A stretch of 32,000 nt of DNA from Acaryochloris sp. CCMEE 5410 (lineage in GTDB: Bacteria; Cyanobacteriota; Cyanobacteriia; Thermosynechococcales; Thermosynechococcaceae): NCBI RefSeq assembly GCF_000238775.2, contig NZ_AFEJ02000004.1, positions 120,101 to 152,100 on the forward strand, in the 5' to 3' direction. Positions 25,946 to 32,000 of the stretch are shown one piece after another. The translations under genes were made by a program, and so were the position numbers. Position 1 is the stretch's first letter. Every line of letters begins with the position of its first letter. The notes beneath the pieces were generated by a model. It saw only the letters and a list, made by a program, of their open reading frames with translations, was not told the DNA's origin and did not search any database.

Positions 25946-26013
25946 ACAGAGAGAGCCGCTGAAGATCTGCCAGGAAAAGCAGCGGCTCTTTTTCAATGAA
26001 AGTTTTGTCTCTA
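25946..26013 (-). repeat. Leader element copy B (hairpin 25952-25960 / 25981-25989 plus TTTCAATGAAA palindrome)
   Basis: Same stem sequence and near-identical loop (gaagatctgccaggaaaagc vs gaagttctgccaggaaggac). Ends ~30 nt upstream of ATG 25920. Confidence 0.7.
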
Positions 26014-26143
26014 TCCTTTGATTGCTTCTTCTAGCTTCTTTACCCAGTCTGGAAGACCTTGTGCTTTGCCTAGAAGATCATGTCTCTGGACTATTTCGGT
26101 GGAAGCCTTTCGGGGCGCTTGCCTTTCCTTTTAGTATGCTATT

Positions 26144-26173
26144 ATTGTACACAAGCTATGCACAGCTTGTCAA
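26144..26173 (-). promoter_or_regulatory. Near-consensus sigma70-type promoter reading leftward: TTGACA-N18-TACAAT
   Basis: The minus strand reads aaatgtgTTGACAagctgtgcatagcttgtgTACAATaat. It would drive the operon starting at 25920 through a ~210-nt leader. Confidence 0.6.
26151..26170. promoter_or_regulatory. Candidate operator palindrome ACAAGCT-N6-AGCTTGT inside the leftward promoter
   Basis: Perfect 7-bp arms at 26151-26157 and 26164-26170, overlapping the promoter spacer and -35. Located 65 nt upstream of the RHH gene. Confidence 0.45.
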
Positions 26174-26234
26174 CACATTTACCCCAAGTTGTGTTTATGC
26201 TGTTGCTAATTTCATGCTAAAAAGGAAGACAATA

Positions 26235-26432
26235 ATGGCAAAGGTAAAACTTGTTTATAAGCCATCTATGGCAGAAACCAAGCGTCCTCGTGTTGTGGCT
26301 TATCTTGATGACGAGGAAATGAAACAAAAACTTGAGATTTTAGCGGACAGACGATGCCGATCTGTTAGCAATCTTCTGCTAGCTCTTGTCAGAAATGAAA
26401 TTGAACAGGCTGAAAAGTCTGGCGAGATATAA
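26235..26432 (+). CDS. Ribbon-helix-helix (CopG/Arc/MetJ-like) DNA-binding protein
   Basis: MAKVKLVYK...RVVAYLDDEEMKQKLEILADRRCRSVSNLLLALV fits a beta-strand plus two helices RHH pattern. AAGGAAG precedes ATG 26235. The upstream part of track ORF 26022..26432 is a probable artefact. Confidence 0.72.
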   Translation: MAKVKLVYKPSMAETKRPRVVAYLDDEEMKQKLEILADRRCRSVSNLLLALVRNEIEQAEKSGEI

Positions 26433-26462
26433 CCAGAACTCAACACTCGCCTCATTAAGAGA

Positions 26463-27125
26463 ATGGCTAAACCAGGACAATCAACTAGGAGAATGGCCCG
26501 ACAAAGAAGGCTCAAAGCTTTCTTATCTTTCGGGTTAGCTCTGTTCATGATTATTCAAGGAGATTCAATCCTTCGATCACTGCTCAAGTCTGACTCACAG
26601 GCTTGGATGATCTCAATCACCATCAGCGGGGTAAGCATATTAGGTGGTAATCGTTTCTGGAAACGAGCTGATCAAGCAGCCCAAGGAGCCAGAGCAGAGG
26701 AGATGGTTGGAGCAACCTTGAACCAGCTTCGAGCTTATGCCTGGACTATCGAGCATGATATTCCTGTACCAAGATGGGGAAATGTCGATCACCTCGCCAT
26801 CTCGCCATCAGGGAAATACTTCTGTATTGACACTAAATCAGGCAAGGGCACCATCGTTCTCAAAGGACATGAATTATCCAAGCAATACGGCAGAACAATT
26901 TACCCTTTCCCAAAAGGCAAAAGCATCCTCAAGGCTGTAAAAGGACAAGCAGGACAACTCCAAAAAAGTAGGGCAGCTACTTGGGTAAAACCAGTTTTAT
27001 GTTTTGTTGGAAGCCAGGTTGAAAAGTCAATCTTGAATACCCAGGTGCAGGGTGTATTGCTGACCGATGTTCATTCAATTGCCAGCATTCTACAAAGTAT
27101 GAGTGTCCACCAAAGTTTGAGCTAA
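26463..27125 (+). CDS. Membrane-anchored NERD (nuclease-related domain) protein
   Basis: Two N-terminal hydrophobic segments (AFLSFGLALFMIIQG, AWMISITISGVSILGG). NERD core GARAEEMVGATLNQL...GNVDHLAISPSGKYFCIDTKSGKG. Confidence 0.78.
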   Translation: MAKPGQSTRRMARQRRLKAFLSFGLALFMIIQGDSILRSLLKSDSQAWMISITISGVSILGGNRFWKRADQAAQGARAEEMVGATLNQLRAYAWTIEHDIPVPRWGNVDHLAISPSGKYFCIDTKSGKGTIVLKGHELSKQYGRTIYPFPKGKSILKAVKGQAGQLQKSRAATWVKPVLCFVGSQVEKSILNTQVQGVLLTDVHSIASILQSMSVHQSLS

Positions 27126-27353
27126 CTAAAACATTGCGATCGCAACCCGTATCACTCAACCCAACAACCCCCAGCCCGCCCCTAGGACCTGTCCTAGGAA
27201 GCTTTGGGGTTCGCCTCTGGCAGTTCAGCAGGCCCACTGTTCTTCTGGTGGTTGTTCGGGTGGTGGAGGTGTGAGGAGTGGTGGTATTGTTTGTGCGATC
27301 GCAGGGTTGCACTGAAGATAAGATCACCAGCCTGGTATTGGGAATGTTCTGGG

Positions 27354-27692
27354 CTAGTCCTCGTAGCTTAGGCTTTCTGGGTACAAAGCCGTCAAAGTGG
27401 TTAAGACTCGCTGAATACCCTCTAGGGCTTCAATGAGGCCAAATACCTCCATGTCTAGATCAGTCGCTAGATCAAACATTTCTTGAGCACGAGTTGTGTC
27501 GCCTTGGTTAACGACATCCATTGCCAACTGATGAAGGTTGAGTAAGTTGGTTCTCATCTCAGGGGGTTCCCAACCAGGACCATCTCCCAGAATGCCTCTA
27601 GCCTCATCGAGTAGATCCACGGCTGCGAGGAGATTTGTCGTCTCAAAGTTCTCATACAGATTCTGCCACTCTTCATCAGTCATTTGAGGCAT
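27354..27692 (-). CDS. Highly acidic small protein (112 aa, 23 D/E vs 4 R, no K)
   Basis: ORF 27354..27704 opens with TTG. ATG 27692 is preceded by GGAG at 6 nt. Composition counted by hand. Confidence 0.6.
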   Translation of the reverse strand: MPQMTDEEWQNLYENFETTNLLAAVDLLDEARGILGDGPGWEPPEMRTNLLNLHQLAMDVVNQGDTTRAQEMFDLATDLDMEVFGLIEALEGIQRVLTTLTALYPESLSYED

Positions 27693-27865
27693 GAGCCGCT
27701 CCAATTTCTCCAGCTTCAGTGCTTAGTGTAAGCCGAATGTTCACAACAAAATCGCAGGCATCACTGAATTACTTCCTCGCAGTTTCTTAAGAAATAACAC
27801 AGGACCCTTCCCATACCAGGCATTTCGGGGTATTCCTCTATCAACGATGTTTGCAGGATTGGTTT

Positions 27866-28690
27866 ATGACCACTCATACAGACAGCACTGGCGCTTATCT
27901 CAAAGAAATCGGACGCTACCCCCTTCTATCTCACGAAGAAGAAATCCAACTTGCCAGACAAGCCAAAGCTGGAAACCTTCGGGCCAAACAACGGATGATC
28001 GAGTGCAATCTGCGCCTGGTCGTCTCCATTGCTAAAAAGCATCAGAATCGGGGCTTGCCATTCATGGATTTGATCCAGGAGGGCAGCATCGGGCTGAGTA
28101 GAGCCGTTGAGAAGTTCGAGCCAGAGCAAGGGTATCGCTTCAGTACCTATGCCTATTGGTGGATTCGGCAGGGAATTACCCGCTCGATACAGAATAATAG
28201 TCGTGTGATTCGCCTCCCGGTATGGCACTGGCAGACGGGGAATCAAATCAAACAGACTCGACGACAGCTCTCTCAAGAATTCGGTCGTGAGCCTACGCTT
28301 GCTGAAATTGCACAAGCAATGGAGATTGACATCGAAAAGCTGAAGCAAAACATGCACCATCTTCAAGATGTTCTCTCTCTCGACATGCGGGTGGGGAAGG
28401 AAAAAGACACAACATTGGGGGAGCTGATTGAAGCAGATCATTCGACATCAACCTATCTTGAAGTGCTAAACCAGAGCGAAGAGGTATCGAGCTATTTATC
28501 ACTGCTGGACGAACGACAACGCTATGTGGTTATCCAGCGGTATGGTCTAGAAAATGGTGAACCCCGAACAATGAAAGACATTGGTCAACAGCTTGGCCTC
28601 AGCCGGGAGCGAATCAGGCAGATTCACGAAAAAGCGATGAGGAAATTGCAGAAAAGCAGTGACCAAGCGACAAAGGCCAAAACTGCCTAG
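27866..28690 (+). CDS. Sigma-70 family (RpoD-like) RNA polymerase sigma factor lacking region 1.1
   Basis: Region 1.2/2: [61 protein letters not shown]. Region 3: IRLPV. Region 4: [26 protein letters not shown]. The ORF opens at TTG 27851; ATG 27866 is preferred. Confidence 0.92.
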   Translation: MTTHTDSTGAYLKEIGRYPLLSHEEEIQLARQAKAGNLRAKQRMIECNLRLVVSIAKKHQNRGLPFMDLIQEGSIGLSRAVEKFEPEQGYRFSTYAYWWIRQGITRSIQNNSRVIRLPVWHWQTGNQIKQTRRQLSQEFGREPTLAEIAQAMEIDIEKLKQNMHHLQDVLSLDMRVGKEKDTTLGELIEADHSTSTYLEVLNQSEEVSSYLSLLDERQRYVVIQRYGLENGEPRTMKDIGQQLGLSRERIRQIHEKAMRKLQKSSDQATKAKTA

Positions 28691-28737
28691 AGGCACAAAA
28701 AAGAGCTGACACTTGAGATTGATAAGTTTAGAGAAAA

Positions 28738-28923
28738 CTATCTATCTAGCATCCTTACTAACTCATTGATCCAGCCGTAATACTCATCACTCTTGTAAAC
28801 ACGAGAAAGGTAGCACTGAGCCTGGATCTTGTACACCAATTCTTGGGCATGGTTCAAATCACATTCTCTAACTTTTGACCAATCAGGATTAACAGCAAAT
28901 CTTTCAGTTCTTAGCAGCACCAT
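28738..28923 (-). CDS. Hypothetical protein
   Basis: 61-aa ORF. No Shine-Dalgarno site seen. Confidence 0.35.
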   Translation of the reverse strand: MVLLRTERFAVNPDWSKVRECDLNHAQELVYKIQAQCYLSRVYKSDEYYGWINELVRMLDR

Positions 28924-29301
28924 CCGAGTTTATGCTTCGTTCTTTGGATAAACCTCAAAGCCCTCTTACACAAATGCCACCACGTCAACTGTATCAATAC
29001 AGCATCATTTCTCCGTGATCAAAATCACGGAAATTGCTTTCTTTCGGAGGAATAAGCCATTTTTTTGCGATTAATGGTATTCATGCTAGTCATGATGCCT
29101 AGAAGAGGTGACTACATAAAGCATTGAGATTGCAAACAACGAAACCCAAACTATGGGCTTATTGAAAGATTTCCAAAAACTCTTCTTAAGTTCCATCATT
29201 GTCAACTCTCGTAGATAGACACAGATTAGGGATCTGAGGATGAATCGCTAGGCTTGTTCATGGGGTTTTAATCCTTCAGTAACCAGAATTCTGGTAGCAC
29301 C

Positions 29302-29931
29302 TCAGAACTTCGCAAGGCTGATTTGCGCCCCATCCAAGTTCACCCCTCTCCAGCTCCTAACTCTAAATATCGTGCGATTGAGTGTTGCCCCCCTGAGATC
29401 ACTGCCCCTAACAGAGGCAGACCTGAAATCCGCATCCGTTAGATCTGCTCCTGCAAAGCTGGTGGATTCCAAATTGCAGCCCACAAAGATGGCATTCTTG
29501 AGATTTACTCCCTTGAAGCTGGACCCCTTCAGATTCGACTCCCAAAAGTCGATACCCGTCAGATCCAGCCCTGAGAAGTTGCCACCCTCAATTTCTAGCA
29601 AAGGGAAATATCGCTCCCCGGCCTGATACCGCTCAATGATTTTCTTAGCCTTACTTTCAACAGTGTCATCCAGCCAATAAGGACCGTAATGTTCATCTAG
29701 CCACGGCATCCCCGTCCCGTGATTTTTCTGCTGTAATAGGTACTTACTTAGCCCTCGCTGGCTGAATCGCCAGTGACCATCGATGCAGGCACCAGGGCAA
29801 TTACCTTGCAGGGTTGCATTCATCAGGCTGTCTTCGGTCAGCCCCAGGAACGCTGCGGCCTCGTGGGGGAGCAGTACCTTGTCTATCTGTGGGAGCTGGT
29901 GGGTGCTGGTGCTGGTGTGATTAGTTTGCAT
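29302..29931 (-). CDS. Excisionase/MerR-type HTH fused to a pentapeptide-repeat domain
   Basis: N-terminal LLPHEAAAFLGLTEDSLMNATLQGNCPGACIDGHWRFSQRGLSKYL (HTH_17-like). The C-terminal ~90 aa carry A(D/N)LxX pentapeptides (NFSGLDLTGIDFWESNLKGSSFKGVNLKNAIFVGCNLESTSFAGADLTDADFRSASVRGSDLRGATL). GGAGG lies 8 nt before the ATG. Confidence 0.85.
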   Translation of the reverse strand: MQTNHTSTSTHQLPQIDKVLLPHEAAAFLGLTEDSLMNATLQGNCPGACIDGHWRFSQRGLSKYLLQQKNHGTGMPWLDEHYGPYWLDDTVESKAKKIIERYQAGERYFPLLEIEGGNFSGLDLTGIDFWESNLKGSSFKGVNLKNAIFVGCNLESTSFAGADLTDADFRSASVRGSDLRGATLNRTIFRVRSWRGVNLDGAQISLAKF

Positions 29932-31606
29932 GGTGCGGACCTCCTTTGAATTCCCGACCCTGGCAGTAAAGGGGACCGCTGATCTGTAAACGCGAAACGT
30001 CTTCTTGAATTCTCAAGTCTGCGTCATCCCAAGAGAGTCGCTCATTGGACGGGAAGACCACGATCACATCACTTTTGCGAATGCAAGCCTGCTCTCCGTC
30101 TCCATAGAAGAGCTGAAACAGGCTAGGGTGTTCTTCATCAGTTTGAAGCGCATAACAGGACTCCCCAAACTCCTCTGCCTCTGTCTCGCTATTGAATGAG
30201 CAAAACGGCACTTCGATGATGTACTCACCACAGTCCCATCCCGTAATTGATCTGTGCTGAGAATTCCAAGGGTACTGGGGTAGTCTATCGACATTGAGGC
30301 GACCTTCCATGATTGCCAGCAATTCAGAATAGACTCCCCAACGGAAACGCGATAAGTTGAGCCACTTGAACCAATTTTTATCAGATGGCCTGATATTAGG
30401 ATCTTGAGGGCCTTGCCATATACACAGTAGGTCAATTTCTATTGCTGAATCGTCATACTCGCAAATCTCATAGCCAAAGAACTTGATCAGTAGGTGACAG
30501 ACGGATTCTGGCATTGGTTCACAATCCGAGATTTCATCATATCGGCCTTGCTGGTGGTAGTCATAAGTCGTGCTATATCCCTCAGAAATGAGGTAGTAGG
30601 CATCCAGCTTTGCTTGGGTATGGGTTCTGGTTGGATGTCGAACGCAAGTCATCTTGCTTTTCAGATAACTGGCCTCATGCGTTATCCAGAAAATACTTGG
30701 ATTGGGAGGCACCTTAATCACTTTTTCTGTAGCCACTTCCTCAATCAAAGGTATGTCAGCACCCGTGGCTAGATTTACCTTTCCGCCAAGGATATTGAGG
30801 ACTCTATTCAAGCTATTCAGATTGAAGTTTATTACTGGGTCGAAAACCCAGCCTCTATCGGAATGGCGATGGGATGCATAGACCCGTTTCCAGTCATTAC
30901 CACCGATGAGTTGATTAATCGTGATACGATTTCCCAGCTGCTCTATGTCTATCGTCGGGATGCCCTCAAATGGTCGGCCAAATACTCGCTGGGTAATGCA
31001 GAAGCTCTCAGGCTCATCAGTGCCAGCCTCAAAAAACTCGATAGCTTGCTCATAAATATTGTGAATATCAGCACCTCCACTACTTGGATTTGCAGCCAAG
31101 GATGCTTTTGGGTTGTCGATGTATCTTTCGTAATCCTCAAATCCTTGAAGCGTCATGGCATGAACCTCAAGGGCCAAACCTGGCTTATACCGTCGGTGGT
31201 TAATACCTGCCATTAATTCAGGGTTTAACAGGCAATCTGCAAGGTCGGTGTGGGTCTCTTCATCTGAGAAAAACAGATGCTTCCAATTCCAAACATCGTA
31301 CAGATCTATCTCGTCTAGTTCTGCTTCTGGGTCCACATTTGGCTGATGTGTTGCACCATAATACTTCTGCAATAGGTAGCAAACATGCTCTGAAAATATG
31401 GCTTCTTCTAGGTTTGGGAAGTCTTGAATTGCATTACGTCCGTATTCCCATGCGTCCCAGTGGATTGAAAGGATATGCAAAATGGATTCAACTAAATCAA
31501 GCTTAGTGCCGGGGAATGTAATGTTTGTTTCTGTTGGCTTATTAATGCGAGGGCCAAAGGTAATCCAGTAAACGGGGTTACCCACGGGAGTAACTGCGGT
31601 TTGCAT
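29921..31606 (-). CDS. Large hypothetical protein with internal domain duplication
   Basis: ORF 29921..31621. ATG 31606 is preceded by GGAGGAAATAGCG. Residues ~15-112 and ~307-402 share NP..WIT, E.VC.LL.K..G and EIDL...W at matching spacing. The 3' end overlaps the next gene by 11 nt. Confidence 0.75.
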   Translation of the reverse strand: MQTAVTPVGNPVYWITFGPRINKPTETNITFPGTKLDLVESILHILSIHWDAWEYGRNAIQDFPNLEEAIFSEHVCYLLQKYYGATHQPNVDPEAELDEIDLYDVWNWKHLFFSDEETHTDLADCLLNPELMAGINHRRYKPGLALEVHAMTLQGFEDYERYIDNPKASLAANPSSGGADIHNIYEQAIEFFEAGTDEPESFCITQRVFGRPFEGIPTIDIEQLGNRITINQLIGGNDWKRVYASHRHSDRGWVFDPVINFNLNSLNRVLNILGGKVNLATGADIPLIEEVATEKVIKVPPNPSIFWITHEASYLKSKMTCVRHPTRTHTQAKLDAYYLISEGYSTTYDYHQQGRYDEISDCEPMPESVCHLLIKFFGYEICEYDDSAIEIDLLCIWQGPQDPNIRPSDKNWFKWLNLSRFRWGVYSELLAIMEGRLNVDRLPQYPWNSQHRSITGWDCGEYIIEVPFCSFNSETEAEEFGESCYALQTDEEHPSLFQLFYGDGEQACIRKSDVIVVFPSNERLSWDDADLRIQEDVSRLQISGPLYCQGREFKGGPHHAN

Positions 31607-31648
31607 CGCTATTTCCTCCATTGATTAATAGGTATGAAGTGGATAATT

Positions 31649-31694
31649 TGCCTAGGCATTACAAGTTCTGTGCAGAATTTGAAGTGCCTAGGCA
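31649..31694. promoter_or_regulatory. Two copies of a 20-bp site built on the palindrome TGCCTAGGCA (candidate operators)
   Basis: TGCCTAGGCATTACAAGTTC at 31649-31668 and TGCCTAGGCAATACAAATTC at 31685-31704 (18/20 identical), 36 bp apart. They lie upstream of the 31606 operon. Confidence 0.5.
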
Positions 31695-31722
31695 ATACAA
31701 ATTCCAGAGGGAAAACAAAAAA

Positions 31723-32000
31723 CTAAACAGCAGGATTCAACTCAGGCTCAGCATCTTTCTGTGCCCTGTCTGCGATGGATTCAGCTAAGCGAGTGAAATA
31801 AGCCCGATCCTCAGCGGTGGTGTGGTCGAAGAAATAATTGTGTCCAACACCCCGGATGTCCTGATGACTGAAAAATCTTGCATTGCGATAGATGTGATTC
31901 AGGAGATCATGATCGGCGCATCGAGCAACATTGATCTCGTACTCTCCCTTCATAAAAAGGTATGTGCCATCGTCGTACAGAGTGCCGCCCTCGGCATCTT
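31723..32000 (-). CDS. Hypothetical protein, probably truncated by the window edge
   Basis: Track ORF 31723..31953. The frame stays open upstream of ATG 31953 to position 32000 (...DAEGGTLYDDGTYLFMKGEYEI...). Confidence 0.5.
   Translation of the reverse strand, partial: DAEGGTLYDDGTYLFMKGEYEINVARCADHDLLNHIYRNARFFSHQDIRGVGHNYFFDHTTAEDRAYFTRLAESIADRAQKDAEPELNPAV

Noticed and set aside
26022-26234. N-terminal 71-aa extension of the RHH ORF.
   Set aside because: The extension runs through the promoter and palindrome region. It is hydrophobic nonsense-like sequence, and a strong AAGGAAG Shine-Dalgarno site precedes the internal ATG at 26235.
1-32000. Search for CRISPR arrays, rRNA or tRNA genes, transposase or IS inverted repeats, integrase and reverse transcriptase.
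   Set aside because: No regularly spaced direct repeats with unique spacers were seen. No rRNA or tRNA-like conserved stretches were seen. No DDE, tyrosine- or serine-recombinase or YxDD motif was recognised in any ORF-track translation.

Overview
The window looks cyanobacterial: I found at least 8 perfect copies of the HIP1 octamer GCGATCGC by eye. It splits into two parts.

Left part, about 1-11.6 kb, with mixed gene orientation:
- a bacterial SNF2-family helicase with its usual SWIM zinc-finger partner
- a lysine-rich, histone-H1-like protein
- two tandem paralogous hypothetical genes
- a Crp/Fnr-type regulator
- a Cas4-like PD-(D/E)XK nuclease
- an SRPBCC protein

Right part, about 11.7-32 kb, looks like a phage or plasmid accessory region. 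About 30 mostly small genes lie on the minus strand, many with strong Shine-Dalgarno sites and ATGA stop/start overlaps. It contains:
- A compact DNA-modification array. Two PAPS-reductase-like PP-loop ATPases bracket a C5-cytosine methyltransferase. An MT-A70 methyltransferase and a three-Cys Gp37/Gp68 (DUF5131) protein sit alongside.
- A third, NPPF-type methyltransferase, plus DUF3560 and DUF4326 proteins.
- An immunity-like module: a ribbon-helix-helix (RHH) protein and a membrane-anchored NERD nuclease, divergent from a near-consensus promoter that carries a palindrome.
- An RpoD-like sigma factor next to a very acidic small protein.
- An HTH-pentapeptide-repeat fusion coupled to a 561-aa (566-aa ORF) internally duplicated protein.

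Two leftward operons carry a shared ~70-nt leader element with a hairpin.

I recognised no rRNA, tRNA, CRISPR array, transposase, integrase or virion structural gene. All functional calls rest on motif recognition by eye. No database search was run.
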